A stretch of 64,000 bases of DNA from Candidatus Uhrbacteria bacterium (GCA_016188495.1 JACPHU010000013.1:5498-69497), one strand, 5' to 3'; shown: positions 1 through 8,987, counted from the stretch's first letter. Numbers and translations: made by a program. The notes: generated by a model from the letters alone, not told the origin.

Positions 1-434
1 GGAGTCAGGCGCTGTGCCCGTTCTTCCGGAGTTTCTGTCGTGGCTTGTGTCCAGCCTCGATCGACAACAATGCCATTTCTGTGATCTAGAGCCACGATAA
101 CCCGATTTTTAGGAAACTGCTTGAGCAATTCCGGATCAGCGTTTGTACCGATGATAATGGACTGTGCACCTGCACGCAGGAAATCCAATCCTGTTTCTAC
201 GTCCCGAATTCCTCCTCCTACCCGCACATCCGCCACGCGACAGATGTGTTCAATGAGATATCGATTGTGTTTCTTGCCCATGGCGGCATCCAGATCCACG
301 ACAGCCACAGGTCCAAACCGATTAAACCGGCGAGCCAATTCGATCGGGTTTTCCTGTGAAGTGATCATTAGGTCACGTCCCTGCCGAAGCTGGACCGCTT
401 TTCCACCACGTAGATCAATACTTGGAATGATCAT
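1..434 (-). CDS. hisA: HisA/HisF-family TIM-barrel protein (ProFAR isomerase-like), runs off the window start
   Basis: Not in the ORF track. Manual minus-strand translation from ATG at 434: MIIPSIDLRGGKAVQLRQG...VAVVDLDAAMG...VRVGGGIRD...RAGAQSIIIGT...VALDHRNG...RGW, matching the HisA motifs IIPxID-L-xxG, VDLD, GGGIR. Purine-rich leader (AAAGGAAAGAGAG). Confidence 0.75.
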   Translation of the reverse strand, partial: MIIPSIDLRGGKAVQLRQGRDLMITSQENPIELARRFNRFGPVAVVDLDAAMGKKHNRYLIEHICRVADVRVGGGIRDVETGLDFLRAGAQSIIIGTNADPELLKQFPKNRVIVALDHRNGIVVDRGWTQATTETPEERAQRLT

Positions 435-473
435 GCTTGATCTCTCTTTCCTTTGTTTTGAATTGTAGAGAAC

Positions 474-505
474 AAAAACCGTTCTTGCGGTTGGCAAGAA
501 CGGCT
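474..505 (-). terminator. Intrinsic terminator-like hairpin after the radical SAM pair
   Basis: Minus strand GCCGTTCTTGC-CAACC-GCAAGAACGG-TTTTT. Confidence 0.6.
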
Positions 506-506
506 A

Positions 507-535
507 AAATTAGATGAAATGTTAGAAAATGTCAA
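507..535 (-). promoter_or_regulatory. Sigma70-like promoter for the hisA-like gene
   Basis: Minus strand TTGACA-17nt-TAATTT. Confidence 0.5.
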
Positions 536-562
536 TAGATTTCTCTGCGACCTTGTCTGACA

Positions 563-1480
563 TTATCTGAGAACGAATGATCCGAGACGATCATTGGACG
601 GGAAAGAGAATTGTCGTAACAAATAGTCCTGGAGTTTTCCTTGGCTAAATGCCATATGGAGTCTTCCGTATCGGCGTTTTTTCATTTCCATGATCAAGGG
701 AACGTCGCAAGCATCCCAAACGATTCGGTCTAGGACAGGATCGTATTCTTGTTTCAACGAATAACGAGATGAAACAAGTTCGGCTACCGTCTCCGATTTC
801 TCTGGTGGAACACCGTGATCAAATACCCATTGGGAGTAGGGGTTGTCGGGTTTTCCTGTCCGAGTGTTTATATTGAGAACTTTGAGTGTTAGTCGTACAA
901 GCCGATCTCCGAACGCATTCAGGTAACGATCAATTTCGTTTGGAAGATCAGGGAGGTTTTCCTCTATAAGCGTGATGTTCAATCCAAGACGCGCTTTGCG
1001 AAACGTCTCTGTCTTCGTGTAGTCGCGCTTATATCCGCGCATGGTCATGTCGCGTTTTGGATCAAACGCACCACGCGTAAGTTCCATGGTCCAGTCCCAG
1101 AACAACTCGAATTTTTTTGTGTCCCAAAAGAGGTTCCCCCCTGTTTGAAAGAGATATTCTTCGAAGTGTTGAGTTTTTAGGGTGTCGCGGATTTTTCGCA
1201 GATCCTCATATCCCAGGAAAGAAGGTTCACCATTCCCTGAGATAATTCCCATGTTGAAGCGAATGCCTGCCCGACGCGTGTGTTCCAAACAGCAGACAAG
1301 CTCTTCAAGCTGATCATCTCCGAACGGATAATTCGTCGCTTTTCCCGTGCACCAAGGGCAATGCAGGTCGCACGCCTGTTGGTTGGTGATCACGAGAAAC
1401 TTTTCGAATCGTCTCAAACCATCTTCGTCAAAGACAAGAGGAATATCCTCTATATCGCATCCCGAATCCGGATTCATCAT
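563..1480 (-). CDS. Radical SAM protein (paralog 1), unknown substrate
   Basis: CDLHCPWC (CxxxCxxC) motif, ISGNGEPS (GGE-like) motif, no SPASM cysteines; ATGA overlap with the upstream paralog. Confidence 0.85.
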   Translation of the reverse strand: MMNPDSGCDIEDIPLVFDEDGLRRFEKFLVITNQQACDLHCPWCTGKATNYPFGDDQLEELVCCLEHTRRAGIRFNMGIISGNGEPSFLGYEDLRKIRDTLKTQHFEEYLFQTGGNLFWDTKKFELFWDWTMELTRGAFDPKRDMTMRGYKRDYTKTETFRKARLGLNITLIEENLPDLPNEIDRYLNAFGDRLVRLTLKVLNINTRTGKPDNPYSQWVFDHGVPPEKSETVAELVSSRYSLKQEYDPVLDRIVWDACDVPLIMEMKKRRYGRLHMAFSQGKLQDYLLRQFSFPSNDRLGSFVLR

Positions 1481-2475
1481 AGCGTTTCCTCTGCAGCCAT
1501 GGCGAAGATTCGCTCGCGTTCTTGGGAGGTTGGCACACGAATCGGCTGGAGCTGATAGTCAACCAGATCTCCGCCGTAATAGACGACGTTTGCCAGGCCG
1601 TACTTGGCCCGTCGGGCATAGAGCGTGATCGGGATTTGCCGACCGCTTGGCAGGGCAGGCCCGTTCCACACATACCGATCCAAGAACGGATCAAAATTTT
1701 CTTCCAGACGGCAAAATGTCTGATCCATTGTGCGGACGACCTGATCTCCTTCGGCTTTGAGAAGCCCGTTTCGGAGAATCCATTGGGATTGAGGATTTTT
1801 CACTTCAGATTCATCGAACGTGTTGATGTTCAGAATTTTGAGATTAAGCCCTGCAAGGATATCTCCAAAACGTTCGACATATCGGTCGATAATGCTCAGT
1901 ACATCGCGTACGTTGTCTTTGAGAAGAACGATATTGAACACGACCTTTGCGCTTTTGAACGCATCGGTTTGCGTATAGTTCCCCTTATAGACAAGACCCA
2001 TCATGTCTTCTTCATCATCAACACTCAGACGTGTGATCTCGAAGGTGAACTCGCGTCCAAAGAGGTCGAACACGCGATCAATGAAGAAAATAGCGCCGCC
2101 TGTCTGGAACCGGCGATAGCCGAACAGGTGGAGTTTCTGATCGAACACCTGTTTGAGGTAAGCCAACTCTTCTACTGGCACGAGCGATGGTTCGCCGTTG
2201 CCAGAAATGGTGAGGTATTCGAACCAAATCCCATTGCGTTGACACTCATCCAACCGAGCAGACATCAATTCCCATCGATCTTCAACCCGTGGCCAACGAG
2301 TGATCATTGCCGTACAAAATGGGCATTTTTTGTTGCACAGATACGGATTTTCTCCCGATGCAATGGTATCTTTTCGAAACCCGCTTGTGACGACCATGAA
2401 GGTCTTATAGATGAGTTTTTCAGTTTCTGGGCACACGGCATGAGGTTGCCCATCCAAAACGACAAGTTGTTTCAC
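1477..2475 (-). CDS. Radical SAM protein (paralog 2), unknown substrate
   Basis: CNKKCPFC and ISGNGEPS motifs. Start moved from 2688 to GTG at 2475, which has an AAAGGGG SD and a TTGACA-17-TATAAA promoter at 2550-2522; the ORF-track extension runs through repeat DNA. Confidence 0.85.
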   Translation of the reverse strand: MKQLVVLDGQPHAVCPETEKLIYKTFMVVTSGFRKDTIASGENPYLCNKKCPFCTAMITRWPRVEDRWELMSARLDECQRNGIWFEYLTISGNGEPSLVPVEELAYLKQVFDQKLHLFGYRRFQTGGAIFFIDRVFDLFGREFTFEITRLSVDDEEDMMGLVYKGNYTQTDAFKSAKVVFNIVLLKDNVRDVLSIIDRYVERFGDILAGLNLKILNINTFDESEVKNPQSQWILRNGLLKAEGDQVVRTMDQTFCRLEENFDPFLDRYVWNGPALPSGRQIPITLYARRAKYGLANVVYYGGDLVDYQLQPIRVPTSQERERIFAMAAEETL

Positions 2476-2575
2476 GCTTTCCCCTTTCTTTTTTCGTTGT
2501 ACTGTCCGATTCGGACGAAGGTTTATATGAGTTTTTTGTATTTCTGTCAATGGCACGTGGTCGCTAAAATGAATA

Positions 2576-2758
2576 ACCCCGCCGCAAGCGGACGGGGTAT
2601 CACGCTTCATATTCCCTGAGCGGAGGTTCGTTCGACGAACCGGAGTCGAAGGGCTCATATGCAGCCTTCGACCGTTCGACAAGCTCACGACAGACAGGCT
2701 CAGGCAATAATACGCAGCCGTTCGATCTACTCACGACAGGCAAGCTGACGGGGTATTT
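2576..2758. repeat. Cluster of REP-like palindromic micro-elements with nested insertions
   Basis: ACCCCGCCGCAAGCGGACGGGGT (2576-2598); CCCTGAGCGGAG..TCGAAGGG (2614-2653); GCCTTCGAC..AGGCTCAGGC (2664-2705); two copies of a 21-mer, CGTTCGACAAGCTCACGACAG and CGTTCGATCTACTCACGACAG. Confidence 0.75.
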
Positions 2759-2808
2759 ACTCTGAGGGAATAAAAAACCCTCCAATGGTTTGAGATGTTT
2801 TGGAAGGT

Positions 2809-3465
2809 TTATCGTAGGATGGGAGAAAAACGAGTGATCGAACAATTGTCGAGGAATTGTTGCTCTTCTGGTACGAGTGTATGACCGTCATGGATTTTGG
2901 AGAATAACCAGACGATCTGATAGGCAACTTCTGGTTCTTTTGCGAAGAACACTTGTTGGCCGAGTCGTGGGTTGTCCTTGAGCAAATGAAACATCTCACA
3001 CACGACCAGGATTTTTTTCGCTAATTCCTCCGAAGGATCAAGTAAAACCAAAGGAGGGAGAAATAGCTTCTTGTTTTTGTAGATGTTAATGCTGTGTAGA
3101 GCGGTTATCGCCTCTAGAAATGTGCCCATCCTGCCAGGAAGGCAGATGTAGGCAAAAGATCCGTCAATCAGCTTTTGAATTTTTTTGGACAATGTAGAGA
3201 CGATCTGTATGTTTCCGATCTCCATCGGTCCCCACATGTGCATTGCGTAACCGATAGGTTCCAGATTTTTTCGTTTCTGTTTTTGTGCCAGCTCGTACGC
3301 GGTTAGAGTTGCCACTTCCATTGTTCCAGCTTTTTGGCCTCCTGTTGCGATTCGAAAGCCGTTTTCTGTCAGACGGACCGTTATTTCTTTGGCAAGCACA
3401 CATGCTTCGCCCGTCTCATCAACAGCTGTGCCAAAGAGAGAAACAGTTTTCGGTTTTTTGCTCAC
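2809..3465 (-). CDS. LOG-family (lysine-decarboxylase-like Rossmann) nucleotide phosphoribohydrolase
   Basis: IATGG..GTME and LPGRMGTFLE (PGGxGTxxE-like) motifs. Likely GTG start at 3465 after AGGAG; TTGACA-17-TAGTTT promoter at 3544-3516. Confidence 0.7.
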   Translation of the reverse strand: MSKKPKTVSLFGTAVDETGEACVLAKEITVRLTENGFRIATGGQKAGTMEVATLTAYELAQKQKRKNLEPIGYAMHMWGPMEIGNIQIVSTLSKKIQKLIDGSFAYICLPGRMGTFLEAITALHSINIYKNKKLFLPPLVLLDPSEELAKKILVVCEMFHLLKDNPRLGQQVFFAKEPEVAYQIVWLFSKIHDGHTLVPEEQQFLDNCSITRFSPILR

Positions 3466-3546
3466 GAGTTCTCCTGTTTTAGACAAATTGATAAAGGACA
3501 AACGACGGACGGTTAAAACTAGAGTTGTTTCCCCGATTTGTCAATG

Positions 3547-3584
3547 GTTTTCGGATTCGTTTTCGGATTCGTGTTTTCGGATTC
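3547..3584. repeat. Three copies of the 12-mer GTTTTCGGATTC
   Basis: 3547-3558, 3559-3570 and 3573-3584 (GT spacer before the third copy). Confidence 0.9.
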
Positions 3585-3607
3585 GAAGCCTTGAGGAGTT
3601 CATGTGT

Positions 3608-4450
3608 TCATCGGGTTTTTATTTTTTGCAATTCGTAGGCTTTTAGAATATTCACTAAAAGCATCGCCACGGTCATAGGGCCTACGCCCCCTGGAACGGG
3701 CGTGATGGCGCTGATGATGTCTTTTACCGACTCCAAATCGACATCGCCCACAAGACCTTCTGGTGTTCGGGTGGTTCCTACATCGATCAAGATAGCATCT
3801 GGTTTCACAAAATCTTTTGTGATGAGTCCAGGAATGCCTTCTGCGACAATCAATAGATCGGCTTGTGTTGTTTTGTCTGCAAGATGTTTATCTTCTGCTT
3901 GAGTCACAGTTGTTTGAACACCTGATTCTTTTAAGAGAATTTCAAGAGGCTCAGCAAACAGGGGGGAGGACACGATCGTTGCATGGGGAGGAAGGGGTCC
4001 TGTTCCAACGGCTTCACGAATAAGGCGCATCACACCCAGGGCTACGGCAGAAATTAAAGATGGTTGGTGAGCTCTGAGTTTTTCGAGGTTAGCAGGATGA
4101 AATCCATCAACATCTTTGAGAGGATTGATGGCAAAAATAACGTTATTTGCATTTTGAGAGGGGAGAGGCAACTGCACTAAAATGCCATGGATATCATTTC
4201 GTCTATTAAGTTCTTGAATGTTATTGATGAGCGTTTGTTCGGGTTCCGTGGCCGGATACAAAAATAATTCAAAATGAATTCCTACCTCTTCGCAAGCCTT
4301 TCGTTTCAGCTGGACATAGATGTGCGATGCAGGATCATCTCCAACTAAAAGAATGGCCAGTCCAGGGGTGGAAGGCATCGTTTGGACACGGGCTTGGATT
4401 TTTTTTTGAATGCGCGCGGCAAGCGCTTTCCCGTTTAAAATATGAGACAT
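3608..4450 (-). CDS. folD: Bifunctional methylene-THF dehydrogenase/cyclohydrolase
   Basis: ILVQLPLP, KDVDG, IDVG and TPVPGGVGPMTVAML motifs. Confidence 0.95.
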   Translation of the reverse strand: MSHILNGKALAARIQKKIQARVQTMPSTPGLAILLVGDDPASHIYVQLKRKACEEVGIHFELFLYPATEPEQTLINNIQELNRRNDIHGILVQLPLPSQNANNVIFAINPLKDVDGFHPANLEKLRAHQPSLISAVALGVMRLIREAVGTGPLPPHATIVSSPLFAEPLEILLKESGVQTTVTQAEDKHLADKTTQADLLIVAEGIPGLITKDFVKPDAILIDVGTTRTPEGLVGDVDLESVKDIISAITPVPGGVGPMTVAMLLVNILKAYELQKIKTR

Positions 4451-4497
4451 AGACAACAGTAAAGATTATTTTACACGAAAACCCTTTTTTTTCAATT

Positions 4498-4521
4498 AAA
4501 AAATGCATCGTAAGATGCATC
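4498..4521 (-). terminator. Terminator-like hairpin after the IMPase-like gene
   Basis: Minus strand ATGCATC-TTAC-GATGCAT-TTTTT. Confidence 0.5.
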
Positions 4522-4527
4522 GTAGAG

Positions 4528-5484
4528 TTAGAATTTCGCCGAAATTCGTTGGCAGATACACCAACTATTTAGTTCTGTGAGTCTGGACTCATGGATGGTC
4601 AGGACTTCGTATGGCTCCTCCACGATCGTTTTGGGGACTACTGGATCGAACCGTTCAATGAGCGGACTGGCTCCATGCGGTCGATAGGGAACGATGCGCA
4701 GATGGACATATCCCAGCCGCTGGTTCATCCCAATAACGGGGGTCACGTCCCATGGTGTTTGAGTTTTCATGGCTGTGACAGTTCCGCCGACCTCGCCCTT
4801 CCACAGACGCGCCATTGAGATTCCGATAGAACCATCAGCGGTTTCCGCGTCTTTGAACAACCCGGTATGGACCATATCCTGCACAATTTTAGAGCGTCTG
4901 TGCAGCATGCTTCGCAGAAGGAGATATTGTTCTCGGAGAGGGGTTTCGGGATTTGCTACCATCGGTTGAACACGTTCCTGACGCAGCAAAAGACGATGGG
5001 TTTTGCTGGAGCCCGGACGGAAATAATACATCTCCTGGCTATTGACGTCGCCGATACACACAGCAACGACTTTCCCATTTACCACAAGTGCCGACATGGT
5101 TCCAATGCCATGAGACTGTTTTCGATCCAGTGCTGAAGTTCCATCGTAAGGATCGAAGACGAAGTAAATATCCATTCCCTCAAGTGCACAAGGAATATTA
5201 AGTTTGTGTTCCTCTCCGATGAGACCGAATCCGAAAGGTTTTACAAACTGTTCTGTTATGAGTTTCTGATACATGTCAGAAGCCGCAATATCTGCCTTGC
5301 TTACCTTATCGGGACTCCCGTCCTCCTTGAGTCCCTTTATCGTAAATTCGTTATGAAACTGGAATGCCGGAAATCCCATGATGACACGCCTTGCGCATTC
5401 CTTCATCAGGTTACCAATCTGAGAAGCCATCATCTCAACAAAGGCTTCCCCACCCATTACTTCCACGAGCCTTTTTGCATTCAT
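4528..5484 (-). CDS. Inositol monophosphatase/FIG-superfamily phosphatase
   Basis: VSKAD, GEE, FDPYDGT and WD motifs. Start at 5484 after AAGGAG; TTGACA-17-TATCTT promoter at 5560-5532. Confidence 0.75.
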   Translation of the reverse strand: MNAKRLVEVMGGEAFVEMMASQIGNLMKECARRVIMGFPAFQFHNEFTIKGLKEDGSPDKVSKADIAASDMYQKLITEQFVKPFGFGLIGEEHKLNIPCALEGMDIYFVFDPYDGTSALDRKQSHGIGTMSALVVNGKVVAVCIGDVNSQEMYYFRPGSSKTHRLLLRQERVQPMVANPETPLREQYLLLRSMLHRRSKIVQDMVHTGLFKDAETADGSIGISMARLWKGEVGGTVTAMKTQTPWDVTPVIGMNQRLGYVHLRIVPYRPHGASPLIERFDPVVPKTIVEEPYEVLTIHESRLTELNSWCICQRISAKF

Positions 5485-5561
5485 GAGTATTCGCTCCTTA
5501 TTTAGGGGGTTTTCAAGTAATGTGGAGACCAAAGATAGCATGTGATATGCTTTTTGTCAAT

Positions 5562-6158
5562 ATGAAACGACTTATTTTTGCTACGCACAACACAGGAAAA
5601 GTGAGAGAAATGCAGCAGCTTCTTTCTGATATGGATATTCATGTTCTTAGTGCTGAACAAGCGGGTATTTTGGAAGACGTAGAAGAGGATGGAGAGACCT
5701 TTGAACAAAATGCTTTAAAGAAAGCCCGATTTGTTGCCAGCAAAAGTCAGGAATGGTCTGTGGGTGATGACTCGGGTATTACCATTGATGCTCTGGGAGG
5801 ACGTCCAGGTATTTTTACGGCTCGTTGGGCTGGCGAAGGGGCAAGCGATGAACAATTGATTGATCATACGCTTGATCAGTTGAAGGAAGTACAAGAAAGG
5901 GATCGAGGAGCGTCTTTTTATTCTGTCATCGCACTAGTGTCTCCTCAAGGAGAAGAGTATCTTTTTGAGGGTGTTGTTGAAGGAGATGTTACTCTTGAGC
6001 CTCGTGGACAGCATCTTCCTAAGCTTCCTTATGATGTGATTTTTCAACCAAAGGGTTTTGAACAAACGTTTGGAGAGATGTCAGAACAGGAGAAAAATCA
6101 GTTAAGCCTTCGAGGAAGAGCGTTTGAAAAATTGAAACTTTTTTTGAGGACAAAATGA
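5562..6158 (+). CDS. rdgB: Non-canonical purine NTP pyrophosphatase (Ham1/RdgB)
   Basis: ATHNTGKVRE, EDGETFEQNA, DDSG, YDVIF and EKNQLSLRG motifs. Confidence 0.9.
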   Translation: MKRLIFATHNTGKVREMQQLLSDMDIHVLSAEQAGILEDVEEDGETFEQNALKKARFVASKSQEWSVGDDSGITIDALGGRPGIFTARWAGEGASDEQLIDHTLDQLKEVQERDRGASFYSVIALVSPQGEEYLFEGVVEGDVTLEPRGQHLPKLPYDVIFQPKGFEQTFGEMSEQEKNQLSLRGRAFEKLKLFLRTK

Positions 6159-6162
6159 ATAT

Positions 6163-6190
6163 AAAAAAGAGAGCATAAGCTCTCTTTTTT
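6163..6190. terminator. Bidirectional terminator between rdgB and glyA
   Basis: AAAAAAGAGAGC-ATAA-GCTCTCTTTTTT between convergent genes. Confidence 0.8.
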
Positions 6191-6194
6191 CTAT

Positions 6195-7436
6195 TTAGTA
6201 ATGAAGATCGGGATAAAGAGGGAAGTGGCTAGTGAGGTTTTTCACCTCTTCTGCGATTGCGATAAGTTTTGTGTTGTCATCCCAGTGAGTAATCGCTTCG
6301 TCGATCCAACGTCCGATTTGTTTCATTTCCTCCTCTTTCATTCCGCGGGTGGTCAGAGCCGGAGTTCCTAAACGGATACCGGATGGGTCCATCGGGGATC
6401 TTGTATCGTCTGGAATCATGTTTTTATTTACGGTGATTCCTGCTTTATCCAGAGCTGTTTCTGCTTGTTGACCCGTGACTCCTTTGGGGGTTACGTCTAC
6501 TAGCAAAAGATGGTTATCCGTTCCTCCGAACATCAGTTTATATCCTTTTTCTTGGAAAATCCCTTCAAGCACTTTTGCATTTTTCTTTATTTGTTGTGCG
6601 TATGTTTTGAATTCTGGGAGAGCGGCTTCTTTAAACGCTACGGCTTTGGCCGCAATGACGTTTTCGTGTGGACCTCCCTGAAGGCCTGGGAAGACAGCTT
6701 TATCAACGGCTTTTTTATGTTCTTCCTTGCACATGATCATTCCGCCTCGTGGACCTCGGAGCGTTTTGTGAGTGGTTGTTGAAACAAGATCAAACAGGGG
6801 AACCGGATTGTTCATTTCTCCTGCGGCGATCAGTCCTGCAATATGGGCGATATCCGCCATGGTTCGCGCACCTACTTCATCAGCAATCTTTTTGATGCGT
6901 GCATAATCGATCTCTCGAGAATACCCAGAATAACCAACCAAGATTAAGTGCGGTTTATGGGTATGGGCCATTTTTTCAATCTCATCGTAATCAATGATTC
7001 CCTCTGGAGTTGTCTTGTATCGGATAAAATTCCAGACTCCGGCGATAAACGTGACGGGATGGCCGTGAGTCAGGTGGCCTCCATGAGAAAGATCCATTCC
7101 GAGAATCGTTCCTCCGGGAGGAACCAGAGCCACATAAGAGGCAAGGTTCGCTGGGGCTCCCGAGAGCGGTTGGACATTGACATGTTCGGCGCCAAAGAGG
7201 TGTTTTGCTCGATCTATCGCCAGTTGTTCCACCACATCAATCTCCTGGCATCCGCCGTAATAGCGTTTGCCGGGGTAACCTTCGGAGTATTTATTTGTGG
7301 CGATGGATCCAAGCGCTTCCAACACCGCAGAGGAAACAAAATTTTCAGAAGGGATCATCTCAAGGCCGTTTTGTTGTCGTACAAGTTCTCGATTCAGAGC
7401 AGAAGAAAGATCCGGGTCAAAAGAAGAAAGTGTCAT
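6195..7436 (-). CDS. glyA: Serine hydroxymethyltransferase
   Basis: SENF, NKYSEGYPGKRYYGG and TTTHKTLRGPRGG. Confidence 0.98.
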   Translation of the reverse strand: MTLSSFDPDLSSALNRELVRQQNGLEMIPSENFVSSAVLEALGSIATNKYSEGYPGKRYYGGCQEIDVVEQLAIDRAKHLFGAEHVNVQPLSGAPANLASYVALVPPGGTILGMDLSHGGHLTHGHPVTFIAGVWNFIRYKTTPEGIIDYDEIEKMAHTHKPHLILVGYSGYSREIDYARIKKIADEVGARTMADIAHIAGLIAAGEMNNPVPLFDLVSTTTHKTLRGPRGGMIMCKEEHKKAVDKAVFPGLQGGPHENVIAAKAVAFKEAALPEFKTYAQQIKKNAKVLEGIFQEKGYKLMFGGTDNHLLLVDVTPKGVTGQQAETALDKAGITVNKNMIPDDTRSPMDPSGIRLGTPALTTRGMKEEEMKQIGRWIDEAITHWDDNTKLIAIAEEVKNLTSHFPLYPDLHY

Positions 7437-7616
7437 ATCAGTTGTAAAACCAAAACATGAGTTAAAAAGGGTTCATGTGTGTCTTACAAGAAGATTATGA
7501 CATAGGTTTGATGTTAGACTCTTTTACTATGTTCGTATTCTACGAGACCTGAGCTGGATTGACAATCTGTCCAAAATAACGATTGAATTGAACTTCTTAT
7601 GATAAAATCATCTTGT

Positions 7617-8987
7617 ATGTTTCAATTTTATCGCCATGTTCATTTTGTGGGAATTGGAGGCATTGGGATGTCTGCCCTTGCAAAGTGGTTTATCCATGAA
7701 GGGATCAGGGTGAGTGGTTCTGATGTGTCTGCCAATACTATAACGGAGGATCTTCGTAAACGCGGAGTCAGATTTTTTTCAGGTCATGCCGTTTCCAATA
7801 TCGCCCAAGATGTTGATTTGCTTATCTACACCTCAGCGATTCCACAAGACAATACTGAACGACAGTATGCTCAAGAACGCGGTATTCCTCAGAAATCTTA
7901 TTTTGAAATGCTCGGAGAAATTTCTAAATCTTTTTCGACCATTGTCGTGACAGGCACCAACGGGAAAAGTACGACCACGGCCATGTTGGGACTTTTATTG
8001 GAAGCAGCCGGGTATGATCCAACCGTTCTTGTCGGCTCGCTTGTTCCGGGATTTCCCGATGGAAATCTTCGTTTGGGGAAAGGACGTTTTTTTGTGGTCG
8101 AAGGATGTGAATATCGCGCCAACATGATGAATCTGGAACCCGAGATGATCGTCCTTACGAATATCGAAGAAGACCATTTAGATTATTACCGTGACCTGGC
8201 TCATATTCAGGAGACGTTCCAGGCATTCGTACAAAAACTTCAAGGAAAGGGACTCGTGGTTTATAACGCCATGGATTCAGGAACCAAGCCTTTGCATTTT
8301 TTTCGAAGTGTTGGATATGGGTTGGAAAAAGAAACGGACTATGTTGCGCGACAGAGACGAGTTTCACAAGGCCTTCAACAAGTCAGCATCTATCGTCATG
8401 AGGCGCAGGAGATTTCTATGGGGGATTTAACATTGCAAATTCCAGGGACGTTTAATGTCATGAACGCCCTTGCCGCGATTTCTGCGGCCATGGAAATAGG
8501 AATTCCTTTTGAAACCTGTCGTCGAGTTTTGGAACAGTTCAAAGGCATTTGGCGTCGTTTTGAAAGGTTAGGTGTGTGGAAGGGGGCAGATATTCTGTCT
8601 GATTACGGCCATCATCCAAGTGCGATTGCTCAGACGATTGAGGCTGCGAGAGAATTTTTTCCAGGTCGAAGAATCATTTTGTGTTATCAACCTCATCAGC
8701 ATGACAGAACGAAAAAATTGTTTGATGAGTTTGTTCAGACGTTAGCCCTTGCCGACCATGCGATCGTCGTAGAGATTTATGATGTGGCAGGACGCAACGA
8801 AGTGCATGATGTGAGTTCGAAGGATCTCGTGTTGGCGATCAAGAAAAAAGATTCTGCAAAGGATATCGTCTATGCCGAAGATTTTATGGCAGCAGAACAA
8901 TTATTGCGGGATCATATTCAACCCAATGATGTTCTTCTCATGATGGGTGCTGGAGATATTGATTCGCTAGCAAGAAAACTCGTATGA
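7617..8987 (+). CDS. murC: UDP-N-acetylmuramate--L-alanine ligase
   Basis: GIGGIGMS, GTNGKSTTT, DHLDYY and DYGHHP motifs. Confidence 0.95.
   Translation: MFQFYRHVHFVGIGGIGMSALAKWFIHEGIRVSGSDVSANTITEDLRKRGVRFFSGHAVSNIAQDVDLLIYTSAIPQDNTERQYAQERGIPQKSYFEMLGEISKSFSTIVVTGTNGKSTTTAMLGLLLEAAGYDPTVLVGSLVPGFPDGNLRLGKGRFFVVEGCEYRANMMNLEPEMIVLTNIEEDHLDYYRDLAHIQETFQAFVQKLQGKGLVVYNAMDSGTKPLHFFRSVGYGLEKETDYVARQRRVSQGLQQVSIYRHEAQEISMGDLTLQIPGTFNVMNALAAISAAMEIGIPFETCRRVLEQFKGIWRRFERLGVWKGADILSDYGHHPSAIAQTIEAAREFFPGRRIILCYQPHQHDRTKKLFDEFVQTLALADHAIVVEIYDVAGRNEVHDVSSKDLVLAIKKKDSAKDIVYAEDFMAAEQLLRDHIQPNDVLLMMGAGDIDSLARKLV

Noticed and set aside
121-468. 115-aa plus-strand ORF
   Set aside because: Antisense to the HisA-like gene, which has clear motifs.
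1522-2619. 365-aa plus-strand ORF
   Set aside because: Antisense shadow of the radical SAM gene with no recognisable motifs.
2476-2688. N-terminal extension of radical SAM paralog 2 in the ORF track
   Set aside because: Runs through the promoter and the palindromic repeats; GTG at 2475 has an SD and matches the paralog length.
2576-2758. Possible CRISPR array
   Set aside because: Units are non-identical, nested and irregularly spaced; no cas genes in the window.
7437-7616. Possible ZTP or THF riboswitch upstream of glyA
   Set aside because: No recognisable aptamer consensus; AT-rich divergent promoter region.
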